Of a DNA stretch of 64,000 nucleotides, positions 1 through 9,481 are shown in pieces; positions within the stretch are counted from its first letter, which is position 1, and every line of letters begins with the position of its first letter. This DNA is from Candidatus Latescibacterota bacterium (GTDB lineage Bacteria > Latescibacterota > UBA2968): contig OZ244960.1 of the NCBI GenBank assembly GCA_965222605.1, positions 224,001 through 288,000 of the forward strand, in the 5' to 3' direction. The notes under the pieces were generated by a model. The model worked only from the letters and a program-made list of their open reading frames with translations. It ran no database searches and was not told where the DNA came from. A program made the position numbers and the translations under genes.

Positions 1-1
1 C

Positions 2-940
2 AAAGCCATTGCCACGCAGACACGTCAACGCATTGACGCCAACCAGGAATTGCTCGCACAGGGCTTGAGCAATATTGCCGGCAGTTTTTTTCAAAGTTTT
101 CCCGTCTCCGGCTCTTTTGTCCGTTCAACCGTCACATTGCGCGCTGGCGGACAAACCGGCTTTGCGTCTATCATTGCCGGGCTGGTCGTGATCCTGCTCC
201 TGCTTTTCTTTACCCAACTCTTATACCACATGCCCCTATCCACCTTAGCGGCAATTGTCATGGTTTCTGTCGCCGCACTGATTCACTTCAAACCCATCGC
301 GAGTGCGTGGAAAGTACACAAACACGACGGCATTGTCGCCATATCGTCATTTGCACTCACCCTCATCTTCGCGCCACACCTCGATCAAGGCATCCTAATC
401 GGTGCGACCTTATCAATCGCCCTCTATCTCTATCGCACAATGAAACCGCGCGTGGCCTTCCTCGCCCGCCATCCCGATGGCGCGTTTCGAGATGCAGTAG
501 AACACGATCTGGAATTGTGCGATGCAATTGCCACTATCCGATTTGATGGCTCATTGTATTTCGGCAGCGCAGGTGCTTTTGAAGACGCCGTATTGGAACG
601 GATTCGCGATCCAAAATTGCGCTATGTGATTGTAGATGCCGAAGGCGTGAATGAAATTGATGCTACGGGAAAAGAAATGCTGGTCGGCGTGGTGCAGCGG
701 CTCCACGAGGCCGGTATTGAGGTACTATTTACAAGTACAAAAAAACAGGTCATGGACGCACTCAACCGCGCGGGCGTACTCGAAGAAATTGGTCGAGACC
801 GATTTTACACCACCCTCGACCGTACATTAGCTCATGTTTGGGGGGCATTAGAAGATCAGTATCCCTGTACCAGATCTTGTCCCGCTGAGTGTCCACTCCA
901 TCGCCCCAGACCAAATGGGGACGTATTTTATCGCGTGTAG
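2..940 (+). CDS. SulP-family inorganic anion permease with C-terminal STAS domain (5' partial)
   Basis: Frame open from window start (KAIATQTRQRIDANQELLAQG); SulP motifs GSFVRS and hydrophobic TMs; STAS RFDGSLYFG...IDATG. Confidence 0.9.
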   Translation, partial: KAIATQTRQRIDANQELLAQGLSNIAGSFFQSFPVSGSFVRSTVTLRAGGQTGFASIIAGLVVILLLLFFTQLLYHMPLSTLAAIVMVSVAALIHFKPIASAWKVHKHDGIVAISSFALTLIFAPHLDQGILIGATLSIALYLYRTMKPRVAFLARHPDGAFRDAVEHDLELCDAIATIRFDGSLYFGSAGAFEDAVLERIRDPKLRYVIVDAEGVNEIDATGKEMLVGVVQRLHEAGIEVLFTSTKKQVMDALNRAGVLEEIGRDRFYTTLDRTLAHVWGALEDQYPCTRSCPAECPLHRPRPNGDVFYRV

Positions 941-1173
941 AAAAATGCCAGTCTTTTTAAGTGTACAAACTATAACAATTTATTACAATTTTCAACGGAC
1001 CGAAGTAGGCCATCGTTTGTCTAAAATATTGTAGTCGCAAATACGGCTGACTAATAAATAATAACTGATAATTGATAACTATTATAATTGAGGGGTGTGT
1101 ATAAAAGATAATTGACATAGTCGGTAAAAGTCGCCACTTGTAGAAGCAACCAAACTTCACAAGGAGGCGACCA

Positions 1174-2280
1174 ATGGCAAAACCAACATTCACCGACTAT
1201 GTCGAACTGATACATACACTCTTTGATCAGTTTACACAAGCCCAAACGACGAAGCCCAAACGCGGATCCCCCTTTGATTTCGCAGAGGTAAAACAAAAGG
1301 CCGTAAGTGTTGCTCAGTGGGAGCAAAAACTTACGACCTTTGAAGAATTATTTAATGAAGCTACACCAGAGGAACGGAAAGACCTCCTACAAATGCATAT
1401 CAACTACCTGATCTATACCCCTGATGGGATTCAACTCACATTGAGGGTGGGTTCATCGGCGATGTTTTACAACCCCGCATCAATGGCGTATGCCACTCGC
1501 AAGTTTCAACTCTCTGCCGGACAAATTAAGTGGATCGCAGATGTGACCTACAATATGGGTAGTGTCGCATTGAATACGGATTGGGGCGTTTTCGGGTTGT
1601 CAATGATTTCCGTCGATTACGGCGATTTTGAACGTACCATTCGCGCGGACAACGAAAAGGGATTCCTCGACGTGGGCACGTATAGCCCATCCGCCTGGGC
1701 AATTGGATTCGGTTATGCCCGCGCAATTACCGACCGCTTTTCAGTGGGCGGCAATATACGCATTGCCAAGCAATCGTTCGGTGATGTTCCCGTGGGTCTT
1801 GAAGGCGCATCGCCTGTAAATAAAACTTTTGACGAACGCTCGACCATTGTCGATTTTGGCGTGCTCTACTGGACGGGCTTTAAGAGCCTGACATTGGCGC
1901 TGAACACGCGAAACTTCTCTCAGGAGAACAAGTACAGCGAAGAGAGCTTTGAATTGCCGCTGACATTCCGCATAGGATTGGCGATGGATCTGATCGATTT
2001 CACGGATATGGATAAGGATGCCCATTCCGTGATCCTATCGCTGGATACCGAGCGTCCGCGTGACTTTTCCGAACAAGTCAAGATCGGGGTGGATTATACG
2101 ATTATGAAAACCCTGTCTTTGCGCGCCGGATATATAACGCCAACCGATGAACAGGGTATCTCTCTGGGCGTCGGCTTTGGCCGCGACCTGGGCAGCGTGG
2201 ATTTGCGCGTGGATTATGCGTACACCGATTTTGGCGTATTTGACAATGTCAATCGCTTGACGCTTCAGGCGGGCTTTTAG
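1174..2280 (+). pseudogene. Chimeric ORF: transposase-like N-terminal stub + recombinase-like C-terminal stub + N-truncated PorV/PorQ-like outer-membrane beta-barrel
   Basis: From ~aa 92 (SAMFYNPASMA...LSLRAGY...VDYAYTDFGVFDNVNRLTLQAGF, terminal Phe) resembles PorV/PorQ barrels but has no signal peptide; first ~90 aa are unrelated. Confidence 0.55.
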
Positions 2281-2305
2281 CCTACCGTGTATCCCCGTTA
2301 TTTTG

Positions 2306-2340
2306 AAAAGGGAGCCTGTTTTTGACCGGCTCCCTTTTTT
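2306..2340 (+). terminator. Intrinsic terminator (possibly bidirectional)
   Basis: AAAAGGGAGCC-N11-GGCTCCCTTTTTT. Confidence 0.8.
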
Positions 2341-2379
2341 ACGTGAAGTGTGAACATAGGCTAACCGCTGGCCCCTACC

Positions 2380-4350
2380 ATGGCAGAATCAGCACAAAAC
2401 ATACAGACACCAAAGCCGATCGGCAGGGGTTTACGCACGTATCGAACCGCTGTTGCGTCGGTCGCCATGATCCTGGTCAGTGTGCTGTGGAATGAATGGA
2501 TGCCGTATTACACATCGGGATCCAATATCAGCCGCAGCCATTTTCCAGTGGCACTCTACTATCCCTTTTTAATTTTGTGTATATGCAACTTGCTGGCAAA
2601 TCATCGGCGGTCGGCCTGGGCATTGACGCGGTCGGAATTGCTGGTGGTCATGGCGTCTGGGCTGGTCGGCATCTCGGTGTCTTACGACGGGATCAGCGGG
2701 CATCTGGTCGGCGTGGTAGCCGCGCCTTATTATTTCGCCTCGACGGAAAATGGCTGGACAGCGTACTTACTCGCACATATCCCGCACTGGCTGGTGCCGA
2801 CCAATGCGGGCGGAGAGATGGCGCGGTTTTACGAGGGCGGAAAGGGAATAGTCCCATGGCGCGTATGGGTTGCACCGATATTCTGGTGGATGTGTTTTTT
2901 GGGCGCAATGGGGTTTGCCGTGTTCAGCGTAGTGGTGATTTTGCGAAAGCAATGGGTAGATTACGAGCGGTTGGCATATCCGCTTGTAGAAGTCGGGAGC
3001 CTGCTGACCGAGACCGAGCCAGGTGGAACGCTGGAAAAAACGCTTCGATCCCCATTGTTCTGGATTGCGTTTGGCCTTGTGATGGCGTTAAAGCTGTGGA
3101 ATATCGGATCTTATTTTTCGCCTGCTTTTCCGCATATCTCTATTGAAGGGATGAACTGGCGGGCTTTTCCCGATTTTCCAGCATTGCCATTTCGCCTCAG
3201 TTTTTACGCCATAGGTTTTGGTTATTTTGCGCGGTTAGATGTGTTGTTCAGCGTGTGGTTTTTTATCGTCTTGACAGCATTTCAGATCTATGCCTCGAAT
3301 ATTTTTGGATATCCCCTGGGGTCATCCAGTCTGCACTGGGAAAATGAGCTATTAAACTGGCAGAGCATGGGGGCACTCATTTTTCTCGCGGTGTGGGGCT
3401 TGTGGATGGCGCGTGCACATTTGAAGGCAGTATGGCGCAAAGCCTGGGACCCGAGTTGTGAGGTAGATGATCGCGGAGAGTTGTTGTCATATCGCACGGC
3501 TGTATTTGGCCTTGTGCTCTCGCTCGTGTTTGCAACGTGCTGGCTGGTCGCAACCGGCATGGCATTGTGGGTTGCGATAGTGTTTTTGGTTCTGGCGATG
3601 TTGTTGTTTTTGGGGCTGGCACGCGCTGTTTCCGAGTTGGGCCTGGTCTATGCCTATTATCGGTTGGAGCCAAATGACGCCGTCGTGCAGGCATTTGGTT
3701 CGGCGTCAATCATGGGGGTTTCGAGCATCACCGCGCTGGCATTTATGCGGGTATTCAATTTTTTTCCCGACATCGGCAAAGGCTTCTTAATGCCGTCGTT
3801 TTCGCAGGCGGTGAAGGCAGTGGATAAGACCGTAACACCCCGGCGAATTACAGGGGTGATCTGGGCGTCGCTCGCCGTGGGCTTTGTGATTTCCATTGTC
3901 AACACACTTTACTTGAGTTATGAATACGGGGCTTATAATCTGGGAAATATGGGCCTCAAACACGTTGGCCCTCGGGCATTTGATTTTGCGATGAACGCGA
4001 TCCACAACCCCCTGGGTCTCGGGGGTGATGGCCGCGTGATGTGGGCGGGAGTTGGCGCCGGTGTGATGGCAATTTTGACCGTGATTCGCTACTGGATCCC
4101 CTCCTGGCCGCTACACCCAATTGGCCTGGCCATGCAGGGAAATTACGGCGTGAGTAAAACGGTATTTTCGGTGTTTATTGTGTGGTCAATTAAAGTTGTT
4201 GTGATGAAAATGGGTGGCGTGCAGGTGTACGAAAAGGGAAAACCGTTTTTCATCGGCCTCCTGGCAGCGCAAGCGTTCAGTACCGGGTTGGTATTTGTCA
4301 TAGATTGTATCTGGTTCCCTCTGCAAGGGCATAATGTACACAATTTCTAA
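2380..4350 (+). CDS. Polytopic membrane protein, DUF6785/DUF6784-like (putative transporter)
   Basis: 656 aa, many TMs; motifs LRKQWVDYERLAYPLV and WPLHPIG. Confidence 0.7.
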   Translation: MAESAQNIQTPKPIGRGLRTYRTAVASVAMILVSVLWNEWMPYYTSGSNISRSHFPVALYYPFLILCICNLLANHRRSAWALTRSELLVVMASGLVGISVSYDGISGHLVGVVAAPYYFASTENGWTAYLLAHIPHWLVPTNAGGEMARFYEGGKGIVPWRVWVAPIFWWMCFLGAMGFAVFSVVVILRKQWVDYERLAYPLVEVGSLLTETEPGGTLEKTLRSPLFWIAFGLVMALKLWNIGSYFSPAFPHISIEGMNWRAFPDFPALPFRLSFYAIGFGYFARLDVLFSVWFFIVLTAFQIYASNIFGYPLGSSSLHWENELLNWQSMGALIFLAVWGLWMARAHLKAVWRKAWDPSCEVDDRGELLSYRTAVFGLVLSLVFATCWLVATGMALWVAIVFLVLAMLLFLGLARAVSELGLVYAYYRLEPNDAVVQAFGSASIMGVSSITALAFMRVFNFFPDIGKGFLMPSFSQAVKAVDKTVTPRRITGVIWASLAVGFVISIVNTLYLSYEYGAYNLGNMGLKHVGPRAFDFAMNAIHNPLGLGGDGRVMWAGVGAGVMAILTVIRYWIPSWPLHPIGLAMQGNYGVSKTVFSVFIVWSIKVVVMKMGGVQVYEKGKPFFIGLLAAQAFSTGLVFVIDCIWFPLQGHNVHNF

Positions 4351-4356
4351 AGTATA

Positions 4357-5409
4357 ATGATTACTCGAAGAACATTTATACAACAAAGTCTCGCTACTGC
4401 TGGCGCGTTGGCAATTGCACCATCGGCTTTTGCGTCAGAAGCCCAGGTGATGACTGTAACGAGACCAATAGCCCCAGAGCTAATGGGGTTCACCCTCCCC
4501 CACGAACACATCATGTCTATTTTTGGTGGGCAGCCAGCCAAAGTGGCGCAATACGACGAAGACAAATTATTCGCCACGGTTATCCCCTATCTCAAAATGT
4601 TAAAAGTATTTGGCGTGCAAACGCTTTGTGAATGCACGGGGGCTTATTTTGGGCGGCGCGTGGATTTGCTTCGGCGCATTTCGCAAGAAACCGGGATGCA
4701 AATTCTGACCAATACCGGGTATTTTGGCGCAGCGCACGATCGCTATGTGCCAGCGCACGCCTTTGAAGAAACGGCTGATCAAATTGCCCAACGCTGGATT
4801 GATGAATGGGAAAACGGGATTGATGGAACAGATATTCGTCCGGGATTTATCAAAATTGGCGTTGACCCCGGCATGCCATCTGACATAGACAAAAAACTCA
4901 TTTTGGCGGCGGGCAAAACCCATCTCAAAACGGGTCTAACAATTGTCTCGCACACAAGTGGCAGCACAGATGCCGCTGTTGAACAAGTTGCGATGCTCGA
5001 ACAAATGGGCGTACATCCAGAAGCATGGACCTGGGCACACGCACAACGAGTCGAAGATCACGCCGACTTGACCCCCATTGCGCAGGCAGGTGCATGGATT
5101 GGACTGGATGGTATCGGCGATAAAACGCTCAATCACCATCTCGATGTGCTGCGCCACATGAGAAGATTTGGCGTTTTGGCCCGGGTTTTGCTTTCTCACG
5201 ATGGCAATTCGTTTGGATATGGCGATCGTCCCTTTAAGCCTTATAATGCCATTTTTGACCAATTTATCCCCCTAATGCAAAAAGCGAATTTTACCGATGA
5301 AGACATTCATCTGATCACAGTAAAAAATCCACAAGAAGCATTTGCCATTCGAGTTCGGAAAAGTCAAGAGCAACCACAGATGGACACAGATGAACGCAGA
5401 TGGAGATAA
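4357..5409 (+). CDS. Tat-exported phosphotriesterase-related amidohydrolase
   Basis: TRRTFI Tat motif; LPHEHI, GFIKIG, SHT, AHA, LLSHD metal-ligand motifs. Confidence 0.88.
   Translation: MITRRTFIQQSLATAGALAIAPSAFASEAQVMTVTRPIAPELMGFTLPHEHIMSIFGGQPAKVAQYDEDKLFATVIPYLKMLKVFGVQTLCECTGAYFGRRVDLLRRISQETGMQILTNTGYFGAAHDRYVPAHAFEETADQIAQRWIDEWENGIDGTDIRPGFIKIGVDPGMPSDIDKKLILAAGKTHLKTGLTIVSHTSGSTDAAVEQVAMLEQMGVHPEAWTWAHAQRVEDHADLTPIAQAGAWIGLDGIGDKTLNHHLDVLRHMRRFGVLARVLLSHDGNSFGYGDRPFKPYNAIFDQFIPLMQKANFTDEDIHLITVKNPQEAFAIRVRKSQEQPQMDTDERRWR
5375..5404. repeat. Three 10-bp tandem units (CACAGATGGA-like)
   Basis: CACAGATGGA CACAGATGAA CGCAGATGGA. Confidence 0.7.
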
Positions 5410-5411
5410 TC

Positions 5412-5585
5412 ATGAACCGACGCGAATTTATCAAACAAACTGCCGTAGCGACTGTCGCAATGCCATCGCTACTTCGGGCGCAGGCAGATGATCGCGGAAT
5501 GGAGACGGAATTGGAAGCGTACGCCCATGTAAATCCAGCATCGGCAAAGAATAAGCTGTATCGGGAATTAGACGCCAGACAATAA
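5412..5585 (+). pseudogene. Truncated Tat-signal ORF
   Basis: MNRREFIKQTAVATVAMPSLLRAQA Tat signal followed by only ~32 aa. Confidence 0.5.
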
Positions 5586-5760
5586 GTGGCAATTATCTGC
5601 TGTCGGTGTAGTTGTCCGTCCGGATAGGATAGATGAGGCAATTATAGAAGTTTTGTATGAATTTCAAGGTTGGGACGAGTATTTTAAGAGTAGAAAGCGG
5701 AAAGAAGCGTTGGGATTTTGATCTTATCTACTGTAACCCACATATTTTGGAGGAAGAATT

Positions 5761-6033
5761 ATGACTGCAATCCCTAAAGAAATTCAACAGATAGTTCGCG
5801 CTTCTAAAGGGCATCCAGTGCGCCTGACCGATCCAAAAACGCACGTAGAATATATTGTGTTGCCAGCAGAGATATTCGACCGGATGCAACTCTACGATGA
5901 TACGCCACTAAGAGAGGATGAAATGCAAAACCTGCTCATCAGAGCGGGACTGCGTGCCGGATGGGACGAGGAGGAAATGGATATCTACAATGAACTCGAT
6001 CCACGGAGAGAACATGAAGGTCCGACGAGGTGA
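5761..6033 (+). CDS. Putative antitoxin upstream of MazF/PemK toxin
   Basis: 90 aa, GGAGG RBS, overlaps toxin start, acidic tail GWDEEEMDIYN. Confidence 0.6.
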   Translation: MTAIPKEIQQIVRASKGHPVRLTDPKTHVEYIVLPAEIFDRMQLYDDTPLREDEMQNLLIRAGLRAGWDEEEMDIYNELDPRREHEGPTR

Positions 6034-6283
6034 AGTTGTCATTGTGGATTTTCCTTACAGTGATCAAACTGGTCGCAAGGTGCGTCCGGCACTTGTTGTG
6101 CAATCAAACGTATGGAACCAGCGGCTTGATGACACGATTCTCGCGCTCATCACCAGTAGTCGTCATCGGAAAGTTGGAGCTACCACGCAGTATTTTGTCG
6201 ATATTTCGACGGATGAAGGTCAACAGACGGGACTTCGCCTCGATTCCGTCGTTCAGTGTGAAAATCTAATTACCTATGATCAA
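6014..6283 (+). pseudogene. PemK/MazF-family toxin, C-terminally truncated
   Basis: RRGEVVIVDFPYSDQTGRKVRPALVVQ...ITS...SVVQCENLITYD; the expected C-terminal helix is replaced by unrelated sequence. Confidence 0.75.
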
Positions 6284-6544
6284 TGTGTATTATCGCATTC
6301 AGCCTCACGATGCTGTGGTGCAGGCATTTGGTTCGGGTATGGTTGGGCTTTCCGGTGTGGTAGTGCTCGGGTTTATGCATGTGTTTAATCAGTGGCCCGA
6401 TATTGGCAAGGGATTTTTGATGCCGCCGTTTACGCAAGCGGTAAAAGCAGTTGATAAGGTCGTCAGTCCGCGGCGAATTACAGCAGTATTATGGCTGGCA
6501 CTGGCACTGGGCTTCACCATTTCAATAATGTGCACAATTTCTAA
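6284..6544 (+). pseudogene. Remnant of a paralogue of the 2380-4350 membrane protein
   Basis: VYYRIQPHDAVVQAFGS...PDIGKGFLMPPFTQAVKAVDK aligns with the intact gene; ends ATAATGTGCACAATTTCTAA, matching that gene's 3' end (NVHNF*). Confidence 0.9.
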
Positions 6545-6566
6545 AGAATGCCCGTACCGATGCGCC

Positions 6567-9089
6567 CTATAGCCACTCATCCATCCCCGCGTCTTGCAGG
6601 GCACCCAACAAGTGGGGCACGCCGAAAAACAGCAGGCTCAAGTACATGGGGCTCATTCCTACTGCGCCGCGCCTTTTGGGATCGTCGCTCCAATCCTGCG
6701 ATTCGGCCAAGCGGCGCAGCAATTGCTGGCCCACCTCCAAATAGCCCCGCTCGCCTGTCAGCTTGTACGCATAGCTCAGGTGGCGGCACAGCACCCCGCC
6801 GTAGTGCTGCTTCCATGCCATTTCGGGATCGAAAACTCCAGGCCCACCGCAAAACCAATCCACGGCCCGCAGATAGCATTTGGCCACATCGGTTCGGCCG
6901 GTCAGTCGGTGCAGCAATTCGAGGCCGATCATTAAATAGTGGGTCTGGTAGCCCTTTTGGTCGGCGTAGGACAGCACGTGTTTGCCCGCGGCAGAAGCCC
7001 CGCCCAGGGCCTTGTGCTCAGCCGGGGTAAAAGGTGTTGCGGTGCCCATTTCCACGGCCAGGGTCGTGCCTTCGGTAGCCATGCCGTAGGGCGCCTGGTC
7101 GGGCAGCCGATCAGGAGTAGAAACCTGAAAGCGCTTGTGCCAACTGCCGTCGTCGTTCTGACCTCGGGCGATGACCTGAAAAATTTCTTCGGCGCGCTGT
7201 TTGAAACGCGCTTTGCCCGTTAGTTCCCACAAGTACAGCAGGCCGCGCAAGGTGTTGGCAATGCTGCGCAAACTAAAGGAGAAACGGGGATCTTCGCTCC
7301 AGCGATAGCGCAGGAAAAATTCGCCGGCTTCCCCGAGCACCTCCAATGTCCGGTGGTCGCCCGTCAAGTAGTAATAGTCGATCCAGTTGTCGATAAAGGT
7401 GTGCGAAGCGCAAGGCTCGTCTCCAAAGTGGTCGATGCTGTGTCGGAAACAGCCGCCGACCCGATACGGCCTGAGCGGGTGGTAGTGGCAGGTGTCCACA
7501 TCCATCGAGTGCCGAGTCATGGCCTCACCGAGACGGAACCAACGCCCTGCCCCGCTGCGCAAATACTGGATCCACACCCCGTGGCGCGGGTCCCACTCGC
7601 TGTTGCACCAGCCCCACCGGCCCCGGAAGCGCCAGTCGCCGGTCGATTCCTCCCATGCCACGAGCACATCGCCCCAGTCAAAAAAGCCGTACCAGCGGTT
7701 GACTTCAATGCTGCGCGCCATCCACTCGAGGAAGCCGTCGAGCATGCGCTCGGAGTGCGGGAAGGCATCTACCGCGCGGACCGCAAAGCCGCCAGTGACC
7801 TGGCAGTGGGCCATCCAGCCGGGATCAACCGCGACGTGTGGCCAATCGAGCAAAGCCGTCAGCCGTTGGGGGGCTTCTTCGCTGGTATTGCGTTGGAAGT
7901 AATCGATGAAAAATTCCGAGGTTTTGGCCGTGCCCAGGCCATCGCTGTACACGCCTTCTCCCTCGTGCCAGGCCACTTCCTCGGCATAGCGCCTGAAATG
8001 CAGTCGCCCGCCGTCCGGATCTTTCCACAAAAACACATCGATTCCCCCTCGATCCACGCCTATGGCTTTGGGGTATTCCTCGGCCATATAGCGCAACGCC
8101 ACCCCGACCCCGGCTTCCTCGCCCTCCAACACGGCCCACCCACCGGCCCGTTCACCTTCTGCCATCCTCTCTGAGCGTCCGCCGCGCCGACGCTCCAGGC
8201 GGAAGTGGCGATCCTGACGCTGGGCCAAAAGCAGGCCTTCGTCCTGATCCAGAACGCCTTCCATCCATCGATTCCCACCCAGCCGGTAGCGCCGTTTTCC
8301 CCCCCACGCCACGGGGATCCGCACGGCCAGTTCCCGCAATTCGGTCTGATTTGGATCGCAGGCTACCACTACGGTGTGCAGGACTCGCAAAAAGGCGTGG
8401 CCGGCAAAGGCGTATATCCGCGTCACGAGACGAAAGGGTTGGTAGCCGACGTAGTGGTGCATGGGCGCCTCTGATTCCAGGGCACCTTCGCAGCGGATCA
8501 CCGCCCGCAGAGGCCCGGATTCTTCCACCTGGACTCGGTACGCGCTTTCCCCCAGCGATGCCCGGCATATCCCGCCCATGCCGTAGATCCGCCGCTGGGT
8601 CTCCCCGATTTCAAAAGCCTCGCAAATATCGGCCCAACTGTCGCCGCCTTGCGAACTCACAGCGACTTCTTCGACAAAGCCATCGGCCTCCTGCCGCCCC
8701 AATGATACCGCGTGTACCAAGCCATAGCGCCGCCGACTCACGGCAAAGCGCAGGGGGCCGGTACACACGACAATGCGCTTGTCGCTCTCGCTTATTTGCA
8801 GTCGATTTGCCGGAGCAGCGCGAGGGGCTTCGCCGGCATAACACAAGTGGTAAACCGCCGATCCGACCACGTCGGCTTGAAAATCGACCAGGACCCACTT
8901 GATACTGCCGTCGGGCCAATGGCTCAGTGGACGACTTTGCAGGGTTACAGCCCGTCCCCGAGCATCCTCCAACCACAAATCGGCGCATTCGGCTACAGCC
9001 CCTTGTGGCAGGGGCACACCCCGGGTCACAGGCCACGCGCGGCGTTCGATCCCGCTCTCTTCCTGGACAATCAATGTTAGACGTTGCAT
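6567..9089 (-). CDS. Exo-rhamnogalacturonan-lyase-like (RIFT barrel/PcRGLX-YetA-like) protein
   Basis: N-terminal PVTRGVPLPQG and WPDGSIKWVLVDF; WYGFFDWGD; YYYLTGD; ATG 9089 with GGAGG RBS. Confidence 0.6.
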   Translation of the reverse strand: MQRLTLIVQEESGIERRAWPVTRGVPLPQGAVAECADLWLEDARGRAVTLQSRPLSHWPDGSIKWVLVDFQADVVGSAVYHLCYAGEAPRAAPANRLQISESDKRIVVCTGPLRFAVSRRRYGLVHAVSLGRQEADGFVEEVAVSSQGGDSWADICEAFEIGETQRRIYGMGGICRASLGESAYRVQVEESGPLRAVIRCEGALESEAPMHHYVGYQPFRLVTRIYAFAGHAFLRVLHTVVVACDPNQTELRELAVRIPVAWGGKRRYRLGGNRWMEGVLDQDEGLLLAQRQDRHFRLERRRGGRSERMAEGERAGGWAVLEGEEAGVGVALRYMAEEYPKAIGVDRGGIDVFLWKDPDGGRLHFRRYAEEVAWHEGEGVYSDGLGTAKTSEFFIDYFQRNTSEEAPQRLTALLDWPHVAVDPGWMAHCQVTGGFAVRAVDAFPHSERMLDGFLEWMARSIEVNRWYGFFDWGDVLVAWEESTGDWRFRGRWGWCNSEWDPRHGVWIQYLRSGAGRWFRLGEAMTRHSMDVDTCHYHPLRPYRVGGCFRHSIDHFGDEPCASHTFIDNWIDYYYLTGDHRTLEVLGEAGEFFLRYRWSEDPRFSFSLRSIANTLRGLLYLWELTGKARFKQRAEEIFQVIARGQNDDGSWHKRFQVSTPDRLPDQAPYGMATEGTTLAVEMGTATPFTPAEHKALGGASAAGKHVLSYADQKGYQTHYLMIGLELLHRLTGRTDVAKCYLRAVDWFCGGPGVFDPEMAWKQHYGGVLCRHLSYAYKLTGERGYLEVGQQLLRRLAESQDWSDDPKRRGAVGMSPMYLSLLFFGVPHLLGALQDAGMDEWL

Positions 9090-9262
9090 ATCTTCCTCCG
9101 CTCGTGAACACACCGGGTATTTTAAAACAGTTTCTAAAAAAAAGCCAACATTTTACGCACTGCATTTGGGCAAGAGGTGATGTACCTGTCTGCCATGGGC
9201 ACAGGCAGGCAACTGCGCCAGCAGTTCATCCCACCCCACCACCCAAAACCACTACGAGCATC

Positions 9263-9294
9263 CATTCGTTGATTCGTCGATTCGTCGATTCTTT
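9263..9294. repeat. 8-bp tandem repeat (GATTCGTC-like x4)
   Basis: CATTCGTT GATTCGTC GATTCGTC GATTCTTT. Confidence 0.6.
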
Positions 9295-9446
9295 TTTTTC
9301 TTATCAGATAGCCCGTAAACCCCATCGAATCCCTGCTTTCGCAGGGACATGCTTATGGGGTGGTGAAAGAGCGTTGGGGCACAATCATCAAGGGATTGTG
9401 GGCGGTGAGTCATTGTGATTCGTCCGCTCATTCCACGAAAAATGGG

Positions 9447-9475
9447 TTGACAAAATATGTGCATAAGTGTATATT
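9447..9475 (+). promoter_or_regulatory. sigma70-type promoter of tnpB (near-leaderless transcript)
   Basis: TTGACA-N17-TATATT, 6 nt upstream of ATG 9482. Confidence 0.65.
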
Positions 9476-9481
9476 TTACTT

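Noticed and set aside
1060-1092. AT-rich heptamer repeat (TAACTGA/TAATTGA) as a regulatory site
   Set aside because: Short, degenerate, low complexity; no supporting context
5918-6572. ORF-track proteins of 156 aa and 98 aa as intact genes
   Set aside because: They are read-throughs across deletion junctions of the mazF and membrane-protein remnants
9263-9294. CRISPR array near tnpB
   Set aside because: Only an 8-bp tandem repeat with no spacers; no cas genes
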